Positions 20,151 to 29,937 of a stretch of 64,000 nucleotides of DNA are shown here, piece after piece. Numbering within the stretch: the first letter of the stretch is position 1; each line of letters begins with the position of its first letter. Source of the stretch: Myxococcales bacterium (lineage in GTDB: Bacteria > Myxococcota_A > Polyangia > Polyangiales > Polyangiaceae). A model generated the notes under the pieces. It searched no databases. It was not told where the DNA came from and saw only the letters and a program-made list of their open reading frames with translations. The position numbers and the translations under genes were made by a program. The stretch is from positions 1 through 64,000 of the forward strand of contig JAYTOU010000032.1 in NCBI GenBank assembly GCA_043747615.1, in the 5' to 3' direction.

Positions 20151-20753
20151 TTGAACCGCCTCGGAGTTGCGATCGCTCTGGCTCTTTGCGCTGCGTGCAC
20201 GCCGCCGGCGAAATCGCGTCCCCAGGAAGTCGCCGTCAGTGCCTTCGACAACGGAGACGCTGGTGCCGCTCCGCTTCCGACGAAGATCGCTGCGCCGCCC
20301 AAGCCCGTCGCGAAGAAACCCGACGCACCCTGCGGCACTCCGCCGAACATCGAGCTCAACGCGGAGTCGATCCCCTCCGTGCTCATCGCCGGCGACGAAA
20401 TTCGTCAGGCGCGCGTGAACATCACCAATCAGGGTGAAACAGCGCGGATCGTGGAGATCGTTCGGGTGGACCGTCTGGTCGCCGGAAAGTCGACGAACGC
20501 CGTCAAAGTTCTCCGAGCTGCCGATCAAGCCAGCGTCGTGCAGGCCGACGACCTCGGCCCCGGAAAAATCAAGGTTGCTCCCAAGGGCACGTCTCACATC
20601 ATCATCGACCTCGAGCCCGTGTCCTTCGGAGACGAGTCTGCCGGCGTTCGCGTCTTGGCCGACGTAGACGGCTCGCGCGCGTGTCTGGATGCACCAATCG
20701 CCATTCGCCGCCAGCCAAAATCGTCTCCGCCCAGGCGCCCGCGTCCTCTGTAG
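20151..20753 (+). CDS. Hypothetical lipoprotein
   Basis: Lipobox CAAC, Pro-rich linker and a beta-rich domain; TTG start. Confidence 0.6.
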   Translation: MNRLGVAIALALCAACTPPAKSRPQEVAVSAFDNGDAGAAPLPTKIAAPPKPVAKKPDAPCGTPPNIELNAESIPSVLIAGDEIRQARVNITNQGETARIVEIVRVDRLVAGKSTNAVKVLRAADQASVVQADDLGPGKIKVAPKGTSHIIIDLEPVSFGDESAGVRVLADVDGSRACLDAPIAIRRQPKSSPPRRPRPL

Positions 20754-20851
20754 TCAGGTGAGATCCCCTTGGTTTGTGACGAACGCTACTGTTACCCTCG
20801 GCTACAAACCTTGGACGTCCATCTCGATAAAATAAGCAGCGGAGAGCGCGC

Positions 20852-22588
20852 GTGACTCAACCCCAGCGAAGTCCCGGCGGTAAGCCGGTCGACCCAATGC
20901 TCGGTCGCGTCGTTGCGGGCCGCTACCGGCTCGAAGCGCGCGCAGGCGAAGGCGGAATGGGCGTCGTCTACCGCGCTCGTCACGTTCTTATTGACCGTGT
21001 CGTGGCGCTCAAGCTGATTCGCCCTGATTTGCGGGGTGAAACGCATCTCCGCGCGTGGATGCTCCGCGAAGCGCGCGCCGCCAATCGCGTCGATCACGCG
21101 CACATCATCGACATCCACGACATCGGGGAAACAGAAGAGGGCGAGCTCTACCTCGTCATGGAGTACCTCGTCGGCACTGCGCTTTCGAGCGAGCTCGCAC
21201 GCGGTCCGATGCCTCTCGCCCGCGGCGTCGACATCCTCGAGCAGATGTGCGCCGCTCTTGCCCGCGCGCACGATCTCGGCGTCATCCATCGCGACTTAAA
21301 GAGCGACAACATTCTGTTGTCGTCGCGCGGCGGCCGCAAAGACTTCGTGAAGATCCTCGACTTCGGGCTCGCCCACCTCGCGATGGATCCGCGTCTCGCT
21401 CCCAAGGGCGCCGTCTTCGGAACTCCCGAGTACATGTCTCCCGAGCAAGCGCGCGGCGAAGAAGCAGGCCCGCAAAGCGATCTCTACGCGCTCGGAGTTT
21501 TGTTCTTCGAGATGCTCACCGGTCAGCTCCCCTTCCGTTCGAGCGATCGCGAGACCCTCCTCGAAATGCAGCGCACGGCGGTCGCGCCGAAGCCACGCGG
21601 CATCAAGCCCGACGTGCTGCCTGCGGCAGAGGCGATCACGCTCAAGCTGCTCGAAAAAGATCGGCGAAAGCGTTTTCAGGACGCGCACCATCTTCACGAA
21701 GAGCTCAAGAATCTTCAGCGCTCCATCCCGAGCACCGCGTGGGACGTGAACGCGCAGGGAGAGGCCGCACCTGCTCCGCCGCCGCCGCCGCCGCAGTCGC
21801 CGGGCGTCATCGAATGGGCGAACCGCGCCGCGCTCTTTTCGCGCATGGCGAGCCGCGCGTATCCGTCGGGGAATGCGCCGCCCGAAGTGCAAGCCGCGGT
21901 CTCTCAGTCGTGGGATCTCGCGTCACGCGCGAGCCGTCTCGAAGGCGAAGTGGCGAGCCACACCCGAAAGCTCGAGTCGCTCGAGAGGCGTGGCCGCGCC
22001 CTTCGCGCAGAAATCGGACGCAAGGTCGAAGAGCTCGCTCACGAGGAGTCGCGTGCCCTCCGCGACGTGACTGCCGAGCAGCATGAGGCAGGCCGCATTC
22101 GCGAGCTCGTGCAGGTGGCCGAGCGCGCCGACGTCGCCGCCAAATCCGCGGCAGATGCAGCCGCGCAGCAGCCGTCCAACCCCGTGCAGCTCCGCGCCGT
22201 GTTCGAAAAAGCGGGTGCCGCTCATGCCCTGCTCGAAGCGAGACGCGAGCATCTCCAAGAGCGTGAGCAAAAAGCCGGAGTCAAAGACGCTCACGCCCGC
22301 GATCTTCGCCGGCAGATCGAAGAGCTGCGCGCGCAGCTCTCACGCTATGCGGAAGCGCTCGAAGAGGACCTCTCTCAGGGCCGCGAAAAAGTGGCCGCGC
22401 GCACCCGCGAAGGTCTGGCCTTCGAAAAAGCATTCGCCGAGGTCTCGACGCTCCTCTTGAACCACCTCAAAGGCAAGCCCGAGGTCCGCGATCTCTTGCA
22501 GGAGCTCATGGAAAACATGCATGGCCAGCAAAACGCGCCCCACATCGCGCGCCAGCCGGGACCCGGCGGCGAGAGCAGAAGCCCTTAG
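20852..22588 (+). CDS. Hanks-type Ser/Thr protein kinase with C-terminal coiled coil
   Basis: GEGGMGVVY, VALK, HRDLKSDN, DFG and GTPEYMSPE motifs. Confidence 0.92.
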   Translation: MTQPQRSPGGKPVDPMLGRVVAGRYRLEARAGEGGMGVVYRARHVLIDRVVALKLIRPDLRGETHLRAWMLREARAANRVDHAHIIDIHDIGETEEGELYLVMEYLVGTALSSELARGPMPLARGVDILEQMCAALARAHDLGVIHRDLKSDNILLSSRGGRKDFVKILDFGLAHLAMDPRLAPKGAVFGTPEYMSPEQARGEEAGPQSDLYALGVLFFEMLTGQLPFRSSDRETLLEMQRTAVAPKPRGIKPDVLPAAEAITLKLLEKDRRKRFQDAHHLHEELKNLQRSIPSTAWDVNAQGEAAPAPPPPPPQSPGVIEWANRAALFSRMASRAYPSGNAPPEVQAAVSQSWDLASRASRLEGEVASHTRKLESLERRGRALRAEIGRKVEELAHEESRALRDVTAEQHEAGRIRELVQVAERADVAAKSAADAAAQQPSNPVQLRAVFEKAGAAHALLEARREHLQEREQKAGVKDAHARDLRRQIEELRAQLSRYAEALEEDLSQGREKVAARTREGLAFEKAFAEVSTLLLNHLKGKPEVRDLLQELMENMHGQQNAPHIARQPGPGGESRSP

Positions 22589-22621
22589 CTCGCGGCACTT
22601 CTCGCGAACGGAAAACCGAGC

Positions 22622-23161
22622 CTAGGGAAGCTTCGCGCTCAAGAACGCTTTGAGCTTGATCAGCGTTTTCGGGTCGCGGGTGAAGCTCGGGGGCTGAAAA
22701 GACTGCGCCCACGCTGTGACTTCGTGGAGGAACGCCGTGTTCTGTCCAGGGTCGGTCATGATGTCTTCGACCGTGCGGCCGCGGGCAGCGCCTTTGCGGA
22801 GGTTTTTTACGTAGCTCTCGAGGCGCGCGTAGTCGTCCGCCAGAAATTCTTTGAGCGGCTTCGTGTCGTCCGCGAGTCGCCCGAGCGCGCCGTCTTTCGA
22901 AGAGGGATCCTCGCCGACGGCCAGCGCTGCAGCGACGCGAAGAACGAACGCGTCGTCCATGAATCCGAGATCGTCGATGCCGTCCGGGATCAAATCCAGC
23001 GACTTGAAAATGTAGTTGAGCCCGCACGCGACGTACCGCTTTACGGCGTCGGGGCTTTGCCCCTTCATGACCTCGCCCATCGCCGCGGCGTCTTCGCCCA
23101 GCGTGCGGAGCCACGACGGAAAGAGCTCGAGGTAGCGGGCTTCGGTCTGGTTGTCGGTCAT
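22622..23161 (-). CDS. DUF1232 (YkvA-like) protein
   Basis: YIFKSLDLIPDGIDDLGFMDDAFVL matches the 'Y...P.DLIPD....lG..DD' signature. Confidence 0.75.
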   Translation of the reverse strand: MTDNQTEARYLELFPSWLRTLGEDAAAMGEVMKGQSPDAVKRYVACGLNYIFKSLDLIPDGIDDLGFMDDAFVLRVAAALAVGEDPSSKDGALGRLADDTKPLKEFLADDYARLESYVKNLRKGAARGRTVEDIMTDPGQNTAFLHEVTAWAQSFQPPSFTRDPKTLIKLKAFLSAKLP

Positions 23162-23178
23162 GCCGGCATCCTAGACGA

Positions 23179-24402
23179 CTACAAGCTTTTTGCGACGGCG
23201 AATCCGAGGAGGAATCCGGCGACGAGCGCACCCATCACCAGGGCCACGACGGCCCATGCGGGCACCCCGCGCCGCCCTTCGATCGGGCTTGTTTCGCCGG
23301 ACGAAGGCGCGAGCACGACCTCCGGCGGACGCTCCGAGACGAAGGCACCCGGACCACTCGCCAGCGTGCCTCCGGGGGAGCGCGGAGGGGGCGTCGATGG
23401 AAGGGTCGAATGAAAGTTCGGCCGCTCCGAGCCAGCCGTGTTGGCCCTCTGATCCGACCGCCCTTCGGGCAGACGGCTGAGAGGCATCGGCGCCGAACGG
23501 CTCGTCGGATCCGTTCCCAGCGCCACGGCAAGCGCGCACGCCATGTCGGCGGCCGACGCGAACCGCTGGTCGCGATCTTTGTGAAGGGCGCGAGCGACGA
23601 ACCCGACGAGCGGGGCGAATGACGGATCGATCTCATCGAGCGGCGCCGGCTCCGTGGTGAGCACCGCCTGTAGCTTCGCGAACTCGGTCGCCGCTGGAAA
23701 CGCGGAGCGCCCGCTGATCATCTCGTAGAACATGACCCCGGCGCTGAAGAGATCGCTGCGTGCGTCTACGCTTTTGGCATTTCGAATTTGCTCCGGGCTC
23801 ATGTACGCGGGCGTTCCGAGGAGCATGCCGGTGCGCGTCTTCGTCCCCATCCCGCCTGCGGCGTCCATCACCTTGGCGATCCCGAAGTCGAGAATCTTCA
23901 CGTGGAACTGACCGTTCGAGTCACGCGCGAGAAAAACATTTTCTGGTTTCAAGTCGCGGTGGACGACGCCTTGAGCGTGGGCGAACCCCAAACCGGCTAA
24001 AATTCCCTGTAGAATGACGACCGCCTGCGGCAAAGGGACGCGCCCGGAGACGCCATTCAACCCCGGTGCGGTGTACGCGCTCATGGGGACGCCTTCGAGG
24101 AGCTCCATGACCAGGTAGGGCGTTCCGTCTTCTGCCTGCCCACTGTTCATGAGGCGAAGGATGTTCGGATGAACGAGTCGCTGCGCGGTGTGACCCTCGG
24201 CGATGAAGCGCGCGAGTACGTCCATGTCGCGCAAGAACTCGGCACGGAGCAGTTTGATGGCGACGGCCGCACCACCGTCGAGAGACTCCGCCGCGTACAC
24301 CGAGCCCATCCCTCCCTCGCCGATCAAGCGCACCAGGCGGTGGCGGCGAGAAAGCACGGCGCCCACCAGGCCGACGCCAGGCGGCGAGCTGTGCGCGGTC
24401 AC
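23179..24402 (-). CDS. Ser/Thr protein kinase with C-terminal TM anchor
   Basis: GEGGMGSVY, HRDLKPEN, DFG, GTPAYMSPEQ and a terminal hydrophobic helix. GTG start at 24402 is inferred. Confidence 0.9.
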   Translation of the reverse strand: MTAHSSPPGVGLVGAVLSRRHRLVRLIGEGGMGSVYAAESLDGGAAVAIKLLRAEFLRDMDVLARFIAEGHTAQRLVHPNILRLMNSGQAEDGTPYLVMELLEGVPMSAYTAPGLNGVSGRVPLPQAVVILQGILAGLGFAHAQGVVHRDLKPENVFLARDSNGQFHVKILDFGIAKVMDAAGGMGTKTRTGMLLGTPAYMSPEQIRNAKSVDARSDLFSAGVMFYEMISGRSAFPAATEFAKLQAVLTTEPAPLDEIDPSFAPLVGFVARALHKDRDQRFASAADMACALAVALGTDPTSRSAPMPLSRLPEGRSDQRANTAGSERPNFHSTLPSTPPPRSPGGTLASGPGAFVSERPPEVVLAPSSGETSPIEGRRGVPAWAVVALVMGALVAGFLLGFAVAKSL

Positions 24403-24409
24403 TTCGGCC

Positions 24410-26833
24410 TCATGCCCGCAGAGTAGCGCCAAATCGAGAGCGGACCTCGGCGATCACTTTTGCGTTGAGCGCGTCCACTTCAGCGTCGGTGAGGGTGCGT
24501 TCGCGTGATCGATAGACGACGTGGAACGCGAGGCTCGCGTGATCGGGTGGGATGCTTCCGCCAATGAAGCGGTCGAAGAGCCGCACGTCCTCCGCGAGCT
24601 CACCCGCTGCTTCACGCACGGCGCGCTCCACATCGCCAGCGAGGACGTCGTTCTTCACGACGAGCGCAACATCCCGCGTGCTTGCAGGGAACTTTGCGAT
24701 AGCCGCGTATGTCGGGGCTTTCACGGCGACGTCGGCGATCGTCGCTAGATCAAGAAAAATCACGACCGTCTCGGACGGGAGATCAAGGGCGTCCGTCACT
24801 TCCGGATGAAGCGGGCCGAGCGTACCGACCCGGCGACCCTCGACCTCGACGAACGCGGCACCGCGCGGATGAAGGTACGCGGGACGCTCCGAAGAATCGA
24901 AGCGGCGCACGACAGCGTCACGTCGGACGAGGCGGGTGAGCATCCCGCCGGCAACGCCCTTCGCATCCCATACGTCGACGGGCTCCTGACGCGTGAGGTA
25001 GGCGCCGCGCTCTCCGGCCAAGATGGCTGCGAACGCGAGGCGCTCTTCAGGAAGGTTCTTTGCCGTTTTGCCGGGCAAGAAAATCGGACCAACACCGAAG
25101 AGGCGGACATCGCGCTCGCCATGACGAACCGCGCGAGCGACTGCCTCGCCGAGGCCTGGAAGAAGGCTGGTCCGCATCACACTCTGGTGCTCGGAGAGCG
25201 GGTTTTTCAGGGTCACGGACGACGCGGGCATCTTCGTCATCGCGAGTGCGCGCGGGGACACGAAGCCGTACAGCAGCGCCTCCGAGAGACCGAGCTCGAC
25301 GGCCGCGGCGCGCGTGCGCTGGAGGAGAACCTCGCGGACGCTTTCGACGGTGCTGCGGCGAATGGCGGGAAGCACGGTGGGAACCGAGTCGATGCCGCGC
25401 ACACGCAACACCTCGTCGATGAGATCCACCTCGCGGCTCACGTCGGGGCGATGGCTGGGAACGACGGCTTGGAACTCGCTGCCGTCCCCTTTCACCTCGA
25501 AACCCAGACGAACCAGAACGTCGTTCGCTTCTCCGAACGGCACGTGAACCCCGAGCAGCTGATCGAGTCGATTGCTCCGCAGGCGAATCGTCGGGCGCGT
25601 AAGAGCCTTCTTCACCACCACGGACGACTGCTTTACGGCAGCTCCTCCAGCGAGCTCCGTCACCAACGCGGCGGCTTCGGCCAAGGCGTGCGCCGTGTCG
25701 CCGTGATCGACGCCTCGCTCGAAGCGATGGCTCGACTCGGTATGAAGCCCATGTCGACGCGACGCCCGACGGACTCCCCGCGGCTCGAAATACGCGCACT
25801 CGAGGAGGATCCGCTTGGTGGTCGGAGAAATTTCACTGTGGGCCCCGCCCATGACCCCGGCGAGCGCCACCGGGCCTTTTCCATCACAGATGACGAGGTC
25901 GTCGTCACTTAGTGTGCGATCAACACCATCTAAGGTCTTCAGCGCTTCTCCCAGCCTCGCACGCCGAACGACGATGGTCGCCCCGCCGACGTGATCTAGG
26001 TCGAAGGCGTGCATGGGGTGTCCGTAAAGGAGCATCACCAGGTTGGTCACGTCCACGACGTTGGAGATCGGCCGTACGCCGAGAGCCGCCAGGCGGTAGC
26101 GGACGTGCATCGGAGAAGGGCCGATGGTCACGTCGACCACAGCAGACGCGCCGTAGTGCGGACAGCGCTCGCCGTCCTCGATGGAGATGTTCACCATCTT
26201 CGCGACGTCACCGGGAGCTTCTTTTGCCGGCGCGCGCCGAGCCGGTGGCTTCCATGAAATCCCGTAGAGGGCCGCCGCGTCGCGGGCGATGCCGAGATGA
26301 CCGAGCGCGTCCGGACGGTTCGGCGTGAGGTCGAGCTCAAAGATCGTGTCTTGCGCGGAGGGCACGGCATCGATGAAGCGCGTACCTGGAGCGCCGGTTC
26401 CCTCGGGGAGCACGATGATCCCGTGGTCCACTCCGCCCGCTTCGACGAGCCCGAGCTCCTGCTCGCTGCACAGCATCCCCTCGCTCACGACGCCGGCGAT
26501 CGTGCGGGTTTCGATGGTCATGCCTTTTGCTTTGAGATGCGTGCCGAGCGGAGCGAGCACCACGAGTCCGCCCGGATCGGGGACGTTTGGCGCACCGCAC
26601 ACGATCTCTTGAGCTCTCGCGCCGACGTCGACCGTGACGAGGCGCAGGCCGCTCTTCGTCGGATGGGGACGAATCGACACCACCTTGGCGATCACGCACG
26701 GAGCGATCCCCGCGCCGTACACATCCATGGCGTCGACGGCGAGGCCGCCTGCGATCAAACGCGTGGCGAGCTCCTCCGGCGAGCACGTGAGCTCAGGGAC
26801 GAGGGCGCGAATCCAGTTGTAGGAGGCTTTCAC
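24410..26833 (-). CDS. pheT: Phenylalanine-tRNA ligase beta subunit
   Basis: IVCGAPN, SEGMLCS, LTPNRPD, RFERGVD and the C-terminal FDX-ACB domain. Confidence 0.97.
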   Translation of the reverse strand: MKASYNWIRALVPELTCSPEELATRLIAGGLAVDAMDVYGAGIAPCVIAKVVSIRPHPTKSGLRLVTVDVGARAQEIVCGAPNVPDPGGLVVLAPLGTHLKAKGMTIETRTIAGVVSEGMLCSEQELGLVEAGGVDHGIIVLPEGTGAPGTRFIDAVPSAQDTIFELDLTPNRPDALGHLGIARDAAALYGISWKPPARRAPAKEAPGDVAKMVNISIEDGERCPHYGASAVVDVTIGPSPMHVRYRLAALGVRPISNVVDVTNLVMLLYGHPMHAFDLDHVGGATIVVRRARLGEALKTLDGVDRTLSDDDLVICDGKGPVALAGVMGGAHSEISPTTKRILLECAYFEPRGVRRASRRHGLHTESSHRFERGVDHGDTAHALAEAAALVTELAGGAAVKQSSVVVKKALTRPTIRLRSNRLDQLLGVHVPFGEANDVLVRLGFEVKGDGSEFQAVVPSHRPDVSREVDLIDEVLRVRGIDSVPTVLPAIRRSTVESVREVLLQRTRAAAVELGLSEALLYGFVSPRALAMTKMPASSVTLKNPLSEHQSVMRTSLLPGLGEAVARAVRHGERDVRLFGVGPIFLPGKTAKNLPEERLAFAAILAGERGAYLTRQEPVDVWDAKGVAGGMLTRLVRRDAVVRRFDSSERPAYLHPRGAAFVEVEGRRVGTLGPLHPEVTDALDLPSETVVIFLDLATIADVAVKAPTYAAIAKFPASTRDVALVVKNDVLAGDVERAVREAAGELAEDVRLFDRFIGGSIPPDHASLAFHVVYRSRERTLTDAEVDALNAKVIAEVRSRFGATLRA

Positions 26834-26846
26834 TGCGTTTCATTTC

Positions 26847-27902
26847 TCAAAACTGCGCCAGGAAGCGAGGGTCGTTTTCGAAGAGCAGGCGGATGTCGGG
26901 AATGCCGTAGCGAAGCATGGCTACGCGATCGATTCCCATGCCGAAGGCGAAGCCGGTGTATTTTTCGGGATCGATCCCGCAGTGCTCGAACACGACGGGG
27001 TGAATCATTCCGCAGCCGAGCACTTCCAGCCATCCGGTCTTCTTGCAAACGTTGCATCCTGCACGCGTTCCGTCGGGGCGCTTGCAGAAGACGCAGCCGA
27101 CGTCGACCTCTGCACCAGGCTCGACGAAGGGGAAGTAGCTCGGCCGAAAGCGCACCGGCGTGCCCGGCCCGTAGAGGCGTGTCGCGAACTCGGCGATGAC
27201 GCCTTTGAGCTGCGCAAAGGTCACGTTCTCGTCGATGAGAAAGCCTTCGATCTGGTGGAACATCGGCGAGTGGGTGACGTCGTCGTCGCGGCGATAGACG
27301 GTGCCCGGCGCAATGAACGCCATTGGCAGCTTCTCCGTCATCATGGCGCGGATCTGCACGTTGCTCGTGTGCGTGCGAAGGACGTGGCCCGCCGTCGTCC
27401 AGAAGCTGTCCTGCATATCCGTCGCCGGGTGATCGGGCGGGAAGCCGAGCTTCGTGAAGTTGTTCTCCTCGGTCTCCACCTCGGGGCCGTCGTACACCGC
27501 GAAGCCGAGGCTCTTGAAGATCTCCACGAGCTCTTCGCGAACGAGGGAAATCGGATGGCGGTGCCCGAGGGGCGCAATCGTGCGCGCCGGAAGCGTGAGA
27601 TCGAACGGAGGCGCGTTGAGATCGGCGTCGCGCTTCACCTTGGCGATCGCTGCGAGACGCGCCGCAAAGGCGTTCTCGACCTCGGCCTTCACGGTGTTGA
27701 CGCGCTCGCCGATGGCCTTGCGCGCCTCTCCGGGGACGCTGCCCATCTGCTTGAGGATCGCCGTAAGATCCCCTTTTTTGCCGAGGATCTTGGCGTTCTC
27801 GTCGCGGAGCGTTTGCTCCGTCGTCGCTTGCTCGAACCGCGCCGCGAAGCTCGTACGCAGCTTCTCGAGCGCCTCGAGGATTTGCGCGTGAGCTTCTGAC
27901 AT
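26847..27902 (-). CDS. pheS: Phenylalanine-tRNA ligase alpha subunit
   Basis: LRTHTS, THSPMFHQIEG, RFRPSYFPFVEP and GFAFGMGIDR. Confidence 0.97.
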   Translation of the reverse strand: MSEAHAQILEALEKLRTSFAARFEQATTEQTLRDENAKILGKKGDLTAILKQMGSVPGEARKAIGERVNTVKAEVENAFAARLAAIAKVKRDADLNAPPFDLTLPARTIAPLGHRHPISLVREELVEIFKSLGFAVYDGPEVETEENNFTKLGFPPDHPATDMQDSFWTTAGHVLRTHTSNVQIRAMMTEKLPMAFIAPGTVYRRDDDVTHSPMFHQIEGFLIDENVTFAQLKGVIAEFATRLYGPGTPVRFRPSYFPFVEPGAEVDVGCVFCKRPDGTRAGCNVCKKTGWLEVLGCGMIHPVVFEHCGIDPEKYTGFAFGMGIDRVAMLRYGIPDIRLLFENDPRFLAQF

Positions 27903-27914
27903 CTTCGCGGTTTT

Positions 27915-28304
27915 TTACGGCTTGGGCGGGAGGTTCTTGTTGGCGACCGGCGCCTTCGAGCTTCCGGCAAGCTTCACGATCTGCGAAAACGCAGGGGCGT
28001 CGAAGATGGCCAGGTCGCTCAGGATCTTGCGATCGATGCCGACGTTGGCGTTCTTGAGGCCGTGAACAAGACGCGAGTAGCTGGTGCCGTTGGTGCGGGC
28101 CGCGGCGTTGATGCGCGCAATCCAGAGGCGACGAAAATCGCGCTTGCGGGCCTTGCGGTGAGCGTAGGCGTAGACCCACGCTTTCATCACGACTTCTTTG
28201 GCGTACGCGTAGAGACGCGATCGGGCGCTGTGATAGCCCGAGGCGTGCTTCAAGAGGCGGTTGCGACGACGACGAGCCTTAAAACCTTTTTTTGCGCGCG
28301 GCAT
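27915..28304 (-). CDS. rplT: 50S ribosomal protein L20
   Basis: RKRDFRRLWIARINAAAR and IDRKILSDLA. Confidence 0.97.
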   Translation of the reverse strand: MPRAKKGFKARRRRNRLLKHASGYHSARSRLYAYAKEVVMKAWVYAYAHRKARKRDFRRLWIARINAAARTNGTSYSRLVHGLKNANVGIDRKILSDLAIFDAPAFSQIVKLAGSSKAPVANKNLPPKP

Positions 28305-28328
28305 GGTGTTGCTCCAGGTCCTGAGAAA

Positions 28329-28526
28329 TCAGCTGTAAGGAAGAAGAGATTTGATCTTCTTCTGAAGAGTCTTGTCGACCATGTCGTTGTTCCGCAGGCG
28401 ACGAAGGCGCTTCCTGGATTTCTCTTGGAGACCGTGGTTTCCGCCGCACTTGGGGCGCTTTACCCGGCCGCTGCCTGTGACGCGAAACCGCTTCGCGTAG
28501 GCTTTGTTGGTCTTCATCTTGGGCAT
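28329..28526 (-). CDS. rpmI: 50S ribosomal protein L35
   Basis: MPKMKTNKAYAKRFRVTGSGRVKR...LLPY; ATG at 28526. Confidence 0.95.
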   Translation of the reverse strand: MPKMKTNKAYAKRFRVTGSGRVKRPKCGGNHGLQEKSRKRLRRLRNNDMVDKTLQKKIKSLLPYS

Positions 28527-28617
28527 GACATCCATCCTTGCCGCTCTCAGAGAGGCCGCGCCTTCCTCCCTGCTGGAGGATGAGCGCCGTAAAAAGCCTA
28601 TGAAATGCGGGGAGCGC

Positions 28618-28646
28618 TTTATGTTCGAAGGGGGCGCCCGTGTCAA
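28618..28646 (-). promoter_or_regulatory. Putative sigma70-type promoter of rpmI-rplT-pheS-pheT
   Basis: Minus strand TTGACA-17 bp-CATAAA, about 90 bp upstream of rpmI. Confidence 0.5.
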
Positions 28647-28653
28647 GCCGAGC

Positions 28654-29937
28654 CTATTTCGGGGCCCGCATGACCGCGCCGGGGTTGAACGCGTCCCCGT
28701 GGGTGATCCAGTACACGAACTTGTCGTCGACCGTCAGATCCACTGGGCCGTGCTGGGAAGCGGCGAGGGTCGTCGAGGTCTTGGTCTGGGTGTCGACCCG
28801 TTCGATGGTGCCGGCCTCGTCGCTCGCTACGTAGACGATGGCGCCGTCGACGATCATCGCGCGGGTCCGCGACAGGGTGCGCACCACGAGCGCCGCGCTT
28901 CCCGCGTTGGCCATGAAGAGGCTCGAAGGGTTCGGGCTCTCGTTGTTGGTCCAGTACACCCCACTCGCTCCGGCTCCCAGGGCTCGGGCGCCGGTGGGCG
29001 GAGGAACGACGGCCGTGGCCTGTGAGGGGCCCGCCTCTGCGTCGACGAGGGGACCTGCATCGAGAGGCACCGAGGAGATGCCGTCCCCGTCGATCCAGAA
29101 AGCAACTCCGCCCGCGACGCCGAACGCCTTGGCTCCGAACGCCCCGACCTCGACCAAGCCGGGCACGGCAGCGGGAGAGACGATGCTTGCCTTGCCATCC
29201 GGGCCGGCGTCGGTCGGTGTGCTCGGGGCGAACGAGATCCCTCCGCTTTGGGCGCCGCCGTCGGCCGGGCCGGCGTTCAACCAGACCACGCGGCCCGCCT
29301 GGAGCTCGATACCCAGGAGTGGATTCTGTCCGATGGCGAGTGTCTCGACTTTCCCGCCCGCGGTGCTCACCCGGAGGAGCGTTCCGTCGAACTTTGCAAC
29401 GCCCGCATCTGGCAGATAGCCGGAGCAGTTCGCCCAGTAAATGTACGCGCCGTCCGTCGCCAGGCCGAGCGGGCAAAAACTTCCGGCCGCGATGATGGTC
29501 GGGTCGATGTCGGTGGGCGCGAGCCTGAAGAGGATGCCGCGGTTCATCCAGTAGACGGTTCCCTGCGCGACGGTGATGCCACCGGGGACCATCGTGGTGT
29601 CGGAGGCGTAGAGCTCGTTCACGTTACGGCAGCGGCCGTTCGTGCAGGGTTTCCCCGGGTCGCAGACGTTGCCGCAGCCGCCGCAGTTGCTGTTGTCGGA
29701 GGCGACGTCGACGTTGCAGAGGCCGTCGGCCGACGTTCCGCAGTGGCCGAACCCGGGATCGCACGTGACGCGGCAAGTGCCGGTTGCACCGAGCTGCATT
29801 CTCCCATGAGCTACCGCCGCGCTGCAGTCGAGGGGACCGGCATCGCTACCAGGTTGGGGCGTGACAGTGTCGGAATTTTGGCACGACCAGACGCCGATGG
29901 CGGCGGCGGCAAAAAGGATCGTGAGACGTTTCATCAT
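28654..29937 (-). CDS. Lipoprotein with a Cys-rich module and beta-propeller-like repeats
   Basis: MMKRLTILFAAAAIGVWSC lipobox; NCGGCGNVC module; repeated 'la.d...vYW' blades. ATGA overlap with the upstream mutase stop. Confidence 0.75.
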   Translation of the reverse strand: MMKRLTILFAAAAIGVWSCQNSDTVTPQPGSDAGPLDCSAAVAHGRMQLGATGTCRVTCDPGFGHCGTSADGLCNVDVASDNSNCGGCGNVCDPGKPCTNGRCRNVNELYASDTTMVPGGITVAQGTVYWMNRGILFRLAPTDIDPTIIAAGSFCPLGLATDGAYIYWANCSGYLPDAGVAKFDGTLLRVSTAGGKVETLAIGQNPLLGIELQAGRVVWLNAGPADGGAQSGGISFAPSTPTDAGPDGKASIVSPAAVPGLVEVGAFGAKAFGVAGGVAFWIDGDGISSVPLDAGPLVDAEAGPSQATAVVPPPTGARALGAGASGVYWTNNESPNPSSLFMANAGSAALVVRTLSRTRAMIVDGAIVYVASDEAGTIERVDTQTKTSTTLAASQHGPVDLTVDDKFVYWITHGDAFNPGAVMRAPK

